Positions 1 through 10,058 of a stretch of DNA of 64,000 nucleotides are shown here, in pieces. The stretch covers positions 3,008,001 to 3,072,000 of the forward strand of contig OZ257156.1 in the NCBI GenBank assembly GCA_965279375.1. Direction: 5' to 3'. Position 1 is the first letter of the stretch. Every line of letters begins with the position of its first letter. Below the pieces are notes generated by a model that did not search any database, had not been told where the DNA came from, and saw nothing but the letters and a program-made list of their open reading frames with translations. Made by a program: the position numbers and the translations under genes. The stretch comes from Gemmatimonas sp. (GTDB lineage Bacteria > Gemmatimonadota > Gemmatimonadetes > Gemmatimonadales > Gemmatimonadaceae).

Positions 1-633
1 CTGCTGTACTCCGTGGCGTCCGCCGAGATCTTCGTGACGGCACTGGATGGTGGAAGCCCGCCTCGTGCCCTGCTTCGTCTCAAAGGCTGGAGCACCACGG
101 GTACACGTATGAGCGCGTGGGGGCCGTGGATCGCCTTCGCGGGTCTGAAACAAGGAGATTCGTCATCGACGTCTCAGCTGGCGCTCGCCCATCGGGATTC
201 TGCAGGTGCGGTACGACACTTCGATCCGACACGCTTCGCGCAATCGGATCCGGCGATCTCCCCCGACGGCCAGTGGATCGTCTTCACGTCGTCGGAGAAC
301 GGGCGCACGGACGTCTTCGTCAGCCACTTTCCGGTCGCCAATGGTCGCTTCCTCGTGTCGCCGAACGGCGCGACATTCCCGTCGTGGTCGTCCGACTCGC
401 GCCGCATCTTCTACGCGCACGACAACCAGATCATGAGCGTGGACTTCGCTGCTGCGGGTGCGGGAGCGTCGACGGCTCCAACCATCGGCACTCCGCGTAT
501 GCTCTACACGCGCGCACCGTGGGGGCTCTTCGACATTCTGCCGGACGGGAAGACCATCGTCTTCGTGGACCGCGTGCGCGAGGGGGACCCGCAGTCGCTC
601 GTGGTCAACCTGAACGCCATTGCCCGCCCGTAG
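1..633 (+). CDS. C-terminal part (5'-truncated by window) of a TolB/PD40-like beta-propeller protein, possibly the propeller of a Ser/Thr kinase
   Basis: Frame open from base 1; PD40-type blades PAISPDGQWIVFTSSENG, FPSWSSDSRRIFY, FDILPDGK. Kinase assignment is inference from family knowledge. Confidence 0.7.
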   Translation: MLYSVASAEIFVTALDGGSPPRALLRLKGWSTTGTRMSAWGPWIAFAGLKQGDSSSTSQLALAHRDSAGAVRHFDPTRFAQSDPAISPDGQWIVFTSSENGRTDVFVSHFPVANGRFLVSPNGATFPSWSSDSRRIFYAHDNQIMSVDFAAAGAGASTAPTIGTPRMLYTRAPWGLFDILPDGKTIVFVDRVREGDPQSLVVNLNAIARP

Positions 634-682
634 CGCGCTACACTACCCATCGTTCATCGCCGTTCCCACCACCGCCCCTCCC

Positions 683-1921
683 ATGACCTCTTCCCGACTT
701 GGCGTAGGCTTCATCGGCTCCGGCTTCAACGCACGCTTCCACATGCTCGGCTGGACGGGCGTCCGTGATGCCGACATCCTCGGCGTCTGGAGTCCCAACG
801 CGAAGAACGCCGCCTCGGCGGCCAAGTACGCGCGCGAGCTCGACGTCGGCGAGTGCAAGCCGTACAAGAGCATCACCGACATGGTAGCCGATCCGGCCAT
901 CGACGCGATCTGGCTCAACGGCCCCAATCACGCGCGCATCGAGAACGTGGAAGAGATCTGCGATGCGGTGACATCGGGGAAGGGAACGCTCAAGGGCATC
1001 GCCTGCGAGAAGCCGCTCGGTCGTGGCGTGGCCGAAGCGTCCTACATCCTCAAGCTCGTCGAGAAGGCCGGCATCATGCACGGCTATCTCGAGAATCAGG
1101 CGTTTGCGCCACAGGTGGCCACCGCGCACCAGCTGCTGTGGAAGCGCGGTGCGGCGGCCACGGGCCGTCCGTACCTCGCGCGCGCGGCCGAAGAGCATTC
1201 TGGCCCGCACATGCCGTGGTTCTGGAACGGCGCCAATCAGGGCGGCGGAGTACTGAGCGACATGATGTGCCACTCGTTGCTTGTCGTGCGCCAGTTGCTC
1301 ACGCCGCCGGGCGAATCGCTGCGCACCCTCAAGGTCAAGCGCATCACGGGACACATTGCTTCGCTCAAGTGGTCGCGCAAGGAGTACGCAGCGATTCTCA
1401 AGAAGACGATGGGCGTGGACTACCTCAAGAAGCCGTCGGAAGACTACGCCAGCGTGAACGTCGAATTCGAAACCCCAGAAGGCCGCGTCGTGATCGGTGA
1501 AGCCACCACGAGCTGGAGTTTCGTCGGACCTGGCCTGCGCTTGAGTGCTGAATTGCTCGGCCCCGAGTACAGCATGAAGTGGAACTCGCTCGACAGCGGT
1601 CTCGACTTGTTCTTCTCACGCGAAGTGCGAGGGAAAGCGGGCGAGGACATCGTCGAGAAGCAGAACGCCGAGATGGGGCAGATGCCCGTGGTGGTGAACG
1701 AGGCGATCGCCTACGGCTACGAGGCGGAAGATCGCCACTTCGTGCGCGCGTTCCTGGGCAAGGAGAAACCGCTGCTCACCTGGCACGACGGACTGGATGT
1801 CGTCGAGATGCTGATGGCGGCCTACATGAGCGCCGAGAGCGAGAAGACGGTGCAGTTCCCGCCGAAGGGCTTGGGCAAGTTCCTGCCCGCCGTGGCACAG
1901 GGGAACTGGAAGCCGCGGTAA
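683..1921 (+). CDS. Gfo/Idh/MocA family NAD(P)-dependent oxidoreductase
   Basis: GVGFIGSGFNA Rossmann motif, CEKPLG motif, GGGVLSDMMCH; ATG 683 chosen over ORF start 620. Confidence 0.9.
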   Translation: MTSSRLGVGFIGSGFNARFHMLGWTGVRDADILGVWSPNAKNAASAAKYARELDVGECKPYKSITDMVADPAIDAIWLNGPNHARIENVEEICDAVTSGKGTLKGIACEKPLGRGVAEASYILKLVEKAGIMHGYLENQAFAPQVATAHQLLWKRGAAATGRPYLARAAEEHSGPHMPWFWNGANQGGGVLSDMMCHSLLVVRQLLTPPGESLRTLKVKRITGHIASLKWSRKEYAAILKKTMGVDYLKKPSEDYASVNVEFETPEGRVVIGEATTSWSFVGPGLRLSAELLGPEYSMKWNSLDSGLDLFFSREVRGKAGEDIVEKQNAEMGQMPVVVNEAIAYGYEAEDRHFVRAFLGKEKPLLTWHDGLDVVEMLMAAYMSAESEKTVQFPPKGLGKFLPAVAQGNWKPR

Positions 1922-1956
1922 CCATCGCACCGCACATCGTGATCGCTGCGGCACCG

Positions 1957-1991
1957 ACAGCGACTCATCGCATCACGCGCTGAGTCGCTGT
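1957..1991. terminator. Hairpin between convergent genes, possible terminator
   Basis: ACAGCGACTCA (1957-1967) pairs with TGAGTCGCTGT (1981-1991); no U-tract. Confidence 0.35.
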
Positions 1992-3145
1992 TCCATTTCG
2001 GCGAGTCGATCGAGTGTCCAGAGCGCCGAGCCGCTGGGCTTCGCTGTGGTGTTGAGCGTCAGCGTGCGAGTGCGCGCGATGAGGCGGCGCGCTGTATCCG
2101 TGTCACCACGCGCCAGCGCGATCGCGGCCTCGGTACGTGTTCTCGAGGATTCAGGGAGCTGCCCCCAACTCTTGTGGTGTGGATGCACGACGGTCTCCGC
2201 GCCTGTCGCATCGCGGTCGTAGTGGGCCAACACGAACGCCTGCTCAGCGGCGATCAACGACTCGAGATGGAATGGTTTCCCCTTGGCGAGCACGAGCGCG
2301 CGCAGCAGCTGCACTCGGCCCTCGTCAACTCGATCGTGCGCCACCAGCCAGGCGTAGGCGTTGAATCGCGCCACCAGCTCCTGCATGGAACCATCGGCTG
2401 GCTCGAGCGAGTCGCGGACCTTGGTGACCGGCTGATTGGCGATCGGAGTACCCAGCTGGTCCCCGAGCGTGAGCACCAGTTGGGCGACATCTCGGCGCGC
2501 AGTTGGGCTGTCATTGCGCAGCTGCAGGAAGCGCTTGCCGTCGGAGACGAAGCTACCGTTGTTCATCGGGATCGCGGTGACGAGTGCGATCATCAGCGAG
2601 CAAGCACCGAGTACGCCCACAGAGAACGTCCACCATGCGATCGGTGACGTCACGATAACGGTCCAAGCCAACGCGCCCAGTACAAGACTCGTGAGCGGGC
2701 CGGCAGCCACCATGACGCGGGTGCGTCGCACGAGATCGTGATCGTCCACGGGCATGCAGGCCGCGATGCCCCCTGCCAGTTCCAAGCTGCGATTGAGCGA
2801 CCACCGCAGACGTCCGCTCTCAAAGTCGCGCTCCAGACGAAATGGTCCGAGCACGAGCAGTCTGAATCGGAAGCCTTGCGAGAGACCGCCGACGATGTGA
2901 CCAAGCTCGTGGGCGAGCAGCACGAGGAAGAACGCGAGCAGAACGAGCGGAGCACTCGCCCACAGACTCGGCGACGCGCTGATGGCACCGCGCATCGACT
3001 CCGCGGCCATACGCTGTCCGAGCGCCATACCCGCGGTTCCTGCGGCAGCGCCAGCGAACAGCGAGATCAGGAGTTGGAGTCCGACGGAGCGCTTGACGTT
3101 GACGACCGTCGCGTCGCTCGGGGGCAAGGGAAGTAGCGGTTCCAT
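1973..3145 (-). CDS. M50 (site-2 protease-like) membrane metallopeptidase
   Basis: HELGH zinc motif after TM helices, AAGPLTS, IP...SDGK motif. Confidence 0.8.
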   Translation of the reverse strand: MEPLLPLPPSDATVVNVKRSVGLQLLISLFAGAAAGTAGMALGQRMAAESMRGAISASPSLWASAPLVLLAFFLVLLAHELGHIVGGLSQGFRFRLLVLGPFRLERDFESGRLRWSLNRSLELAGGIAACMPVDDHDLVRRTRVMVAAGPLTSLVLGALAWTVIVTSPIAWWTFSVGVLGACSLMIALVTAIPMNNGSFVSDGKRFLQLRNDSPTARRDVAQLVLTLGDQLGTPIANQPVTKVRDSLEPADGSMQELVARFNAYAWLVAHDRVDEGRVQLLRALVLAKGKPFHLESLIAAEQAFVLAHYDRDATGAETVVHPHHKSWGQLPESSRTRTEAAIALARGDTDTARRLIARTRTLTLNTTAKPSGSALWTLDRLAEMEQRLSA

Positions 3146-3158
3146 GCCCCTAAAGACG

Positions 3159-4904
3159 CTATGGTGTCGTGGTCTGTTTCGTTCGGCGGTAGTTCACGTC
3201 CATCGCTTGCAGTCGCAGCTCTTCGCCGGCCATGCGCACCATGAAATCGCCATAGTCCTTGCGCGACTTGGGACTCCACAGCGCCTCGGACAGCGCGCTG
3301 AGACGTGGGAAGAGCATGTACTCCACGTCGCGCGGCGTCTTGATGTACTCCGTCCACATCTGCGCCTGTGCGCCGAGGATGTGCTTTGCCTCCGCCTCGC
3401 TGAGCGACGCAGGAATCGGCTCGAAGGAGTAGACCGTATCCATTGGCAGATATCCACCGATGGCGAGCGGTTCGGCTTTGCGGTCGAGCGACTGATAGTG
3501 GTCGAAGTACGTGTGACTGCCCGGCGTCATGACGACGTCGTGGCCGGCCTTGGCCGCGTCGATGCCGCCCTGCGTACCGCGCCACGACATGACCGTCGCG
3601 TTCTCGGCGAGGCCCCCTTCGAGAATCTCATCCCATCCGACGAGGCGACGTCCCTTCTTGGTCAGGAACGTGTCCATCTGCCGAATGAACCAGCTCTGCA
3701 GCTCGTGTTCATCCTTGAGGCCGAGCTGCTTGATGCGCGCCTGAATCTGCGGGCTCGCCTTCCACAGTGTCTTGTCGGCCTCGTCGCCGCCGATGTGGAT
3801 GAACTTTCCGGGGAACAGCCCGAGCACTTCGGTGAGCACGTCCTGCATGAACGAGACGGTGCTATCGTCGGCGTTGAGGATGTATGAGCTGACGCCCCAC
3901 ACGCCCAGCACACTCACCGTTGTATCGGGACGCACGCCGAGTTGCGGATACGCCGCCACGGCGGCCTGCGCGTGCCCCGGCATTTCGATCTCCGGCACCA
4001 CCGTCACGAAGCGCTCCGCCGCGTACGCAACAACTTCGCGGATGTCGTCCTGCGTGTAGAAGCCGCAGTGCTTCACACCATCGAAGACACGCTTGGCAGG
4101 ATCGGCAACGTAGGGACCCACGAGCGTCTGATCGCGACAGGAGCCCACTTCGGTCAGGCGCGGATACTTTTTGATCTCGATGCGCCAGCCCTGGTCCTCG
4201 GTGAGGTGCCAGTGGAAGCGATTGAGTTTGTGCAGCGCAAGGAGATCGATGTACTTCTTGACGAAATCCATCGGCATGAAGTGGCGCCCGGCATCGAGGT
4301 GCGCGCCGCGCCAGGAGAAGCGTGGCGCATCTTCGATGTGTACCGCGGGGACGGTCCATGCGACATCCGCCGTTGGTGCGCCGCGCAGGATCGCGGCAGG
4401 GAGGAGCTGTTTGACCGTCTGCAGTCCGTAGAACGCACCAGCAGCGCCGGCAGCTCTTACGACGATGCTCGCCGCACGCACGTCGAGCGTGTACGCGCCT
4501 TCGCCCTTGGATGCGAGCGTGCGGTCATACACCAGCCGGATGCCGCTCGCGGACACGCTGCCGACGCGCACGGCCAGCGTATAGCCGGTCGGCATGGACA
4601 CGTCGCGCGCGAAACGGCGCGCTACGGGCATGAACTGGCGATCGGCGTGGAGCACCGTGCTTTCGCGCAACACAAACGTCCCCGCACGCGGCGTCAGGAC
4701 ACTCGGCCGCGGAATCACGTCGTAGCGTGCCTCGTAGCGCGCTTCCGACAGCGGAACGGTCGGCGCGTTCTGCGCGGGCAGCGAAGTCGCGACGAATGCG
4801 GCGCAGAGCGCGCCACGACCTGCGATCAGCGTCAGGCGTCGGCGCAGCGGGGCCGTGCGCGCGCTGAGAGTGAGCGCCACTTCGAGTGATCGCCGGCGAT
4901 GCAT
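3159..4904 (-). CDS. Beta-N-acetylhexosaminidase (GH20)
   Basis: DAPRFSWRG, FHWHLTEDQGWR, PEIEMPGH, catalytic HIGGDEA, WTEY, FPRLSALSE. Confidence 0.95.
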   Translation of the reverse strand: MHRRRSLEVALTLSARTAPLRRRLTLIAGRGALCAAFVATSLPAQNAPTVPLSEARYEARYDVIPRPSVLTPRAGTFVLRESTVLHADRQFMPVARRFARDVSMPTGYTLAVRVGSVSASGIRLVYDRTLASKGEGAYTLDVRAASIVVRAAGAAGAFYGLQTVKQLLPAAILRGAPTADVAWTVPAVHIEDAPRFSWRGAHLDAGRHFMPMDFVKKYIDLLALHKLNRFHWHLTEDQGWRIEIKKYPRLTEVGSCRDQTLVGPYVADPAKRVFDGVKHCGFYTQDDIREVVAYAAERFVTVVPEIEMPGHAQAAVAAYPQLGVRPDTTVSVLGVWGVSSYILNADDSTVSFMQDVLTEVLGLFPGKFIHIGGDEADKTLWKASPQIQARIKQLGLKDEHELQSWFIRQMDTFLTKKGRRLVGWDEILEGGLAENATVMSWRGTQGGIDAAKAGHDVVMTPGSHTYFDHYQSLDRKAEPLAIGGYLPMDTVYSFEPIPASLSEAEAKHILGAQAQMWTEYIKTPRDVEYMLFPRLSALSEALWSPKSRKDYGDFMVRMAGEELRLQAMDVNYRRTKQTTTP

Positions 4905-4915
4905 GAGGGAGGGGT

Positions 4916-5584
4916 CTATCGTTCGGTGAGAGCCAGTAGCAGTTCTTGCACGATTGCGGCGTTCGTTCCGTTGGCGTGCACCTCGCGAACGCCTGACCGT
5001 GCGACCACGTCGCGAACGTTGTGCCCGCGCACACCGCCGCCGGCCAGAATCGTGAGTCGATCGCCTGCTTGCAACTGCAGCGCCTGCAGCTGCGCTGCAC
5101 CGTCGAGCGCCGTGTCAGCCTGGCCCGACGTGAGCACATAGTCCACTCCAAGCATGAGCAGCGCGTCGAGCGCGGCACCGGCATCGGGGGTGCAGTCGAA
5201 GGCGCGATGGAAGGTCACCTTCATCGGCCGTGCGAGCGCGATCAGCTCGGCCGTGCGTTCGACGTCCACCGTGTCATCGCTGTGCAGCACGCCGAGCACG
5301 ACGCCGTCCACGCCCAGCGCGCGCGCTGCGACGATGTCGTTCTTCATGACTTCCAGATCGTCCGCGCTGTACACGAAGCCGCCGTCGTGCGGGCGAATCA
5401 TGACATGCAGTGGCACGTAGATCTCGTCACGACACCGCGCGATGACGCCGAGCGACGGCGTCGTTCCCCCGGTGCCCGCGCCGCACAACTCGATACGCCC
5501 AGCGCCCATCTCCTGCGCGGCGCGCGCGCAGGAGATGGAATCGCAACACGCTTCGAAGAGTGGGGTCACGTCTGTGGCCAGCAT
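4916..5584 (-). CDS. cutC: CutC family TIM-barrel protein
   Basis: RIELC, GGTTPS, HVMIRP, TFHRAFD, VLTSG motifs. Confidence 0.92.
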   Translation of the reverse strand: MLATDVTPLFEACCDSISCARAAQEMGAGRIELCGAGTGGTTPSLGVIARCRDEIYVPLHVMIRPHDGGFVYSADDLEVMKNDIVAARALGVDGVVLGVLHSDDTVDVERTAELIALARPMKVTFHRAFDCTPDAGAALDALLMLGVDYVLTSGQADTALDGAAQLQALQLQAGDRLTILAGGGVRGHNVRDVVARSGVREVHANGTNAAIVQELLLALTER

Positions 5585-5594
5585 CAGTCGAAGC

Positions 5595-6818
5595 TCAGTG
5601 CGCCATGGCCGCGGTGCCCGTACTGGGTGCCGGACGGAAGAGCACGAGGAAGATCACGAACACCGCGACGGCGCCGAGCGATGGCACCAGCCACACCGAG
5701 GGCCAATCGTGCGCGACGGCGCCGCCGGCAGCGCTCGTGACGTAGCGATCGACCACGCTGCCCGAGACCGACGCGCCAACGAAGTAGCCGACACCGTTGG
5801 TCACGAGATTGAGGAAGCCCTGCGCTGCTGCGCGCACCTTGGGTCCGGCCACTTCGTCCGTGAAGATCTGGCCCGACACGAAGAAGAAGTCGTAGCAGAT
5901 GCCGTGCAGCAGGATGCCGCCGTAGATGAACCACATGCCCGAGCCGGCATCACCACGGCTGAAGGCGAAGTAACGCAGCGCCCAGGCAAGCATGCCGATC
6001 AACATGATCCACTTGATGCCGAACTTTCGCAGCGCGAACGGCAGCAGCAGCATGAAGAAGACCTCCGAGCCCTGTCCGAAGGACATGATGCCCGCCGCAT
6101 TGGGCACGCCGATCTCGTTCATGAACGGATTGGCGAACGCGTAGTAGAACTGCAGCGGAATGCAGAGGAGGAACGAGCCAAGCACGAAGATCTTGAAGTC
6201 GTTGCGCTTGAGCAGGCTGAGCGCGTCCAGTCCGAGCGCATCGCGCACGCTGAAGGGGGCGCCGGCCGCCTTGGGCGGCGTGTGCGGCAGCATCAGCGAG
6301 AACAGGCCCAGCGCGAGCGAGCCCGCGGCCGAGATCTGCATCGGAATCGCCAACGCGTCGGCGTGCAGCACGAAGCCGACGAGAATGCCCGACGCGACGA
6401 TCCAGCCGATCGTGCCGAAGACGCGAATGACCGGGAAGTCACGCGCCGAATCCGTGACGTTGTGCAGCGAGATGGAATTGGTCAGCGACAGCGTCGGCAT
6501 GTAGCAGAACGCGTATGCGAGCAGCAGCGGATAGAACGTGCTGAACTGCGTCTGCTTGGAGAGGAAGAACATGAGCACGGCGCCGATCAGATGCAGCGCG
6601 GCCAGCAGCTTTTCACTCGAGAAGAATCGGTCGGCGACGATGCCCATGAAGAACGGCGACACGATCGCCGCGATCGCGGTGGCTCCGTACGCACTGCCGA
6701 TTTCCGTGCCGGTGAAGTGCAGCGTCTGGCCGAGATACGTGCCCATGGTGACGAACCACGCGCCCCAGACGAAGTACTGCAGGAACATCATCACCGACAG
6801 CCGTGCCTTCGTACCCAT
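5595..6818 (-). CDS. MFS nucleoside:H+ symporter family permease (NupG/YegT-like)
   Basis: [41 protein letters not shown] 6818 overlaps upstream stop (TAATG). Confidence 0.9.
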   Translation of the reverse strand: MGTKARLSVMMFLQYFVWGAWFVTMGTYLGQTLHFTGTEIGSAYGATAIAAIVSPFFMGIVADRFFSSEKLLAALHLIGAVLMFFLSKQTQFSTFYPLLLAYAFCYMPTLSLTNSISLHNVTDSARDFPVIRVFGTIGWIVASGILVGFVLHADALAIPMQISAAGSLALGLFSLMLPHTPPKAAGAPFSVRDALGLDALSLLKRNDFKIFVLGSFLLCIPLQFYYAFANPFMNEIGVPNAAGIMSFGQGSEVFFMLLLPFALRKFGIKWIMLIGMLAWALRYFAFSRGDAGSGMWFIYGGILLHGICYDFFFVSGQIFTDEVAGPKVRAAAQGFLNLVTNGVGYFVGASVSGSVVDRYVTSAAGGAVAHDWPSVWLVPSLGAVAVFVIFLVLFRPAPSTGTAAMAH

Positions 6819-7609
6819 TACGGAAGCTCCCGAATGCGAATGTTGCGAAACCACACGCGATCACCATGGTCCTGCAGCGCGATGTAGCCGCGCTTGGTCT
6901 GTCCGTACTCCGGCCACTCCTTGAACTTGCTGGCCTTCACTTTCGCGACCCAGTCAGCCGAGCCGAGCTCGTAGGTCACGACCTTCTGTCCGTTGAGCCA
7001 GTGCTCCACGTGGTTGCCGTTCACGAGAAGCCGGATGCTGTTCCATTCGCCCACCGGCTTCAGTGCGCCGGTCGGCGACGGATACAGTGCGTAGTCCGCG
7101 CCCGCCGAGGTCAGCCGCGACTTGCCGTCGGGATGGCCAGCGTCGTCCAGAATCTGCATCTCCGGGCCGCTGCGGTACGTCACCTCGCCCTTGGGATCCA
7201 CGCGGTAGATGATGCCGCTGTTGCCCTTCGCCAGCAGCTTCCAGTCGAGCTCCAACTCGAAGTTGGCGTACTCCTTGTTGGTGACGAGGTCGTCCCCGGA
7301 GCCGACGCGCGTGATTGCGCCATTCTCCACAGTCCAGCCTGCAGGTACCGCCCCCGGCGTCTTGAAGCCGTGCCATTCGGTGATCGCCTTGCCGTCGAAC
7401 AGTGACTGCCATTCACCGGACGGCTTCGCCGCCGAGGCTGGCGACTGGGTCCGCGCGCACGCCATCGGCGCGAGGGCCAACCCCATCAGGCCGACCGCCA
7501 GAACGCTCATCCTGACGTGGCGCATCGGATTTCGAGGGTGAGAGCGGGTCGGCCCAGGGACAAGATGGCTGGGAAGGAGACTACGCGCCGAACGGGTCAC
7601 GGCAGACAT
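6818..7609 (-). CDS. DUF1080 (3-keto-disaccharide hydrolase-like) exported protein/lipoprotein
   Basis: [52 protein letters not shown] upstream of ATG 7609 (alternative start 7525); lipobox-like LAPMAC. Confidence 0.9.
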   Translation of the reverse strand: MSAVTRSARSLLPSHLVPGPTRSHPRNPMRHVRMSVLAVGLMGLALAPMACARTQSPASAAKPSGEWQSLFDGKAITEWHGFKTPGAVPAGWTVENGAITRVGSGDDLVTNKEYANFELELDWKLLAKGNSGIIYRVDPKGEVTYRSGPEMQILDDAGHPDGKSRLTSAGADYALYPSPTGALKPVGEWNSIRLLVNGNHVEHWLNGQKVVTYELGSADWVAKVKASKFKEWPEYGQTKRGYIALQDHGDRVWFRNIRIRELP

Positions 7610-7944
7610 ACAGCGCTCCAGGAGAGTCGAGCAGGAGGGAGGCGGGCGCGCGTATGCTACGACACGTCCCGCGCGTGCGGAAGGCGCACGCGACGAATGA
7701 TGGGGCCGAAGTCACCAGCCATCGCACTCTGGGCGGCCACGGGATGTCGGACGGTACAGCCTGTGCACAGAAGCGACTCGTCCTCTCGCCTCGTCACCGC
7801 CCGACTGCGTTCGCCGCGCGGCTTGCACCGCTGCAGAATTGAACCCGCGACGCATCGCGCACGTCGGGGTGTCCGTCCTTCCCTGACAGCGTGCAACTGA
7901 TCGCCCGACTGTCTCGGCTCACTATTCCGAGCAGGTTGCTCCAC

Positions 7945-8265
7945 ATGCCTGACACTCCCGTGGCACCGCTCCCGGCGCGTCCGCGCGTCCACGCCACGCC
8001 TCGACCGGGCGAGCCTGTGGACGCGACGCGCGAGCACCGCTCGTGGCCCATCGCGATCGGGCTGGGGATCCTCGGTACCGCGGTCATCGGCGTCGCCTTG
8101 CTCTGGATTCCGCATCTGATCATCAAACGGCTGCCCGTGGGTGGACGCGAACTGCGCGTCGGGCTGGCTACCGTCTGGATGCTGGGTGCCACCGCCGGAC
8201 TGCTCTTTGCCGGCGCTCGCCTCGGTCGCGCGGCGCGCGAGACGGGCGCCGTGGCGGGGCAGTGA
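7945..8265 (+). CDS. Small two-TM membrane protein, first gene of respiratory operon
   Basis: Two hydrophobic helices; its TGA overlaps the next ATG (TGATG). Confidence 0.65.
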   Translation: MPDTPVAPLPARPRVHATPRPGEPVDATREHRSWPIAIGLGILGTAVIGVALLWIPHLIIKRLPVGGRELRVGLATVWMLGATAGLLFAGARLGRAARETGAVAGQ

Positions 8266-10058
8266 TGAGCAATCCGATGGGCATCCCGTTGGACGCGACC
8301 ATCGCTGACGCCAGCTGGTTCGAGGCCACGGTCTCATGCACCGCCGCGTGCCCGGTGCATACCAACGCTGCGGGCTACGTTCAGGCGATCGGCGATGGGC
8401 GTCTCGAAGATGCGTACGACCTCGCCCGCGCCCACAACCCCTTCCCGAGTGTCTGCGGACGCGTCTGCTCCGCGCCCTGTGAACGCGCCTGTCGCCGCGG
8501 GGTCGTCGATGCCCCTGTGGCTATTCGTGCGCTCAAGCGCGTCGTCAGCGAGCGATTCGGCGCTGAGCAGGAGACAATGTCGCGCTGGCATCGCGCGCAC
8601 GGCCCGGTACCGCCCGCGACTCGGCCGTCGGTGGGGATCGTCGGCGCCGGGCCAGCCGGGCTCGCCGCCGCGTATGAACTGCGCCTCGCGGGACATGCGG
8701 TGACGTTGTACGAGCGCGATCCGCAAGCTGGCGGCATGCTGCTGGCGGGCATTCCCGCCTTTCGGCTGCCGCGCGATGTGGTGCGCGCCGAGATCGCGGC
8801 GCTGCTGTCGCTTGGCATCGATCTCGTGCCCAACTGCCGGGTCGGCGTCGATCGCAGCTTTGCCGAACTGCAGGCGGCGCATGCCGCGTTGCTCATTACA
8901 GTGGGCTGTTCACTCGGGCGGTCGCTGCCGCTGCCGGGAGCCGAGTTGCCTGGCGTCGTACGCGCCGTGGACGGCCTGCGGGAGGTCAACGCGGGCAGCC
9001 TGGGCGGACTAGAAGCACCGGTGCTGGTGATTGGCGGTGGCAGCGTGGCGTTCGATGCCGCACGCAGCGCGCGTCGCACCGCGGTGACGCCTGAAGCACA
9101 GACGGCGCTCGATGCCGCACGCGTGGCGTCGCGCGCCACGACCGCACCTGTCGTGCTGATTGCGGCGGAGAAAACAGCCGCAATGCCGGTGCCGCCCGAG
9201 GAGCTGCATGAGGCGGCCGAGGAAGGGGTCATCGTTCGCGGCGGCATGGGAGTGCGCCGCATCGGCGGGGAAGGGCGCGTGGAGTACGTCGTCGTCGCGC
9301 CGATCAAATCGCTGCACGATGAACTCGGCCGTTTTCGCCCGACGCTGCAGGATGGGCACGATGAAACGATTCCGGTGCGCACGGTGATTCTCGCCGTCGG
9401 GCAGCAATCGGATGTCTCGTTCGTTGACGAGGCGGTGGCAGCCACCGCGCCCGGACTGCTCGACACGCCGTGGAGCGGCATTCGCGCGGCGGCCGATGGT
9501 CGGACAGCGCACGCGCGCGTGTACGGCGCGGGTGATGTGATTACCGGGCCGCGCGACCTGATCGATGCGATCGCGTCGGGACAGCGCGTGGCGCGCACCA
9601 TCTGCGCCGATCTGTCGAACGACATAGTCGCACCGGAGGACGTTGTGGTGGAGTCGGAGATGCGCCCGAGCCGACGCATCGATCTCGATCGCCGCTACTG
9701 GAGCGGATACGACGCACTCAGTCGGCGCGTGCTCCCCGTGCTGCCAACGTCGGTGCGCGCGCAGAATGACGAAGTCGAGCGCATGCTCGATTTGAGCGAT
9801 GCCCAACGCGAGGCGTCACGCTGTCTGCACTGCGATTCGCACATCATGCTCGATGCCGCGCGCTGCGTCGCCTGCGGATTGTGTGTGGATGTGTGCCCGT
9901 ACGGCTGCATCGCGTTGGTGGGCACCGTTCAGAACGATGCTGTTTCCCCTTCGGCCGCCGACCTCTTCGCGCTCACGCTCGATGAGCGCGCCTGCATCCG
10001 CTGCGGGCTGTGCGTGGATCGGTGTCCGGCCAATGCGCTGGAGCTTGCCAGTGTCTGA
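8265..10058 (+). CDS. GltD/DsrL/NfnB-like FAD- and Fe-S-containing NAD(P)H oxidoreductase with C-terminal 2x[4Fe-4S] ferredoxin domain
   Basis: CTAACP, NPFPSVCGRVCSAPCERAC, GAGPAG, GIPAFRLP, GGGSVAFD, GD motif, EASRCLHC, CVACGLCVDVCP and CIRCGLCVDRCP. Confidence 0.88.
   Translation: MSNPMGIPLDATIADASWFEATVSCTAACPVHTNAAGYVQAIGDGRLEDAYDLARAHNPFPSVCGRVCSAPCERACRRGVVDAPVAIRALKRVVSERFGAEQETMSRWHRAHGPVPPATRPSVGIVGAGPAGLAAAYELRLAGHAVTLYERDPQAGGMLLAGIPAFRLPRDVVRAEIAALLSLGIDLVPNCRVGVDRSFAELQAAHAALLITVGCSLGRSLPLPGAELPGVVRAVDGLREVNAGSLGGLEAPVLVIGGGSVAFDAARSARRTAVTPEAQTALDAARVASRATTAPVVLIAAEKTAAMPVPPEELHEAAEEGVIVRGGMGVRRIGGEGRVEYVVVAPIKSLHDELGRFRPTLQDGHDETIPVRTVILAVGQQSDVSFVDEAVAATAPGLLDTPWSGIRAAADGRTAHARVYGAGDVITGPRDLIDAIASGQRVARTICADLSNDIVAPEDVVVESEMRPSRRIDLDRRYWSGYDALSRRVLPVLPTSVRAQNDEVERMLDLSDAQREASRCLHCDSHIMLDAARCVACGLCVDVCPYGCIALVGTVQNDAVSPSAADLFALTLDERACIRCGLCVDRCPANALELASV

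Noticed and set aside
7610..7944. Riboswitch or sRNA upstream of the respiratory operon
   Set aside because: No recognisable aptamer consensus; only a 10-bp palindrome (CTGTGCACAG, 7761-7770) that could be chance.
8265..10058. Glutamate synthase small subunit (gltD) or sulfur-oxidation dsrL call
   Set aside because: No gltB or dsr genes nearby; the extra ferredoxin domain and coupling to cytochrome b point to a different role.
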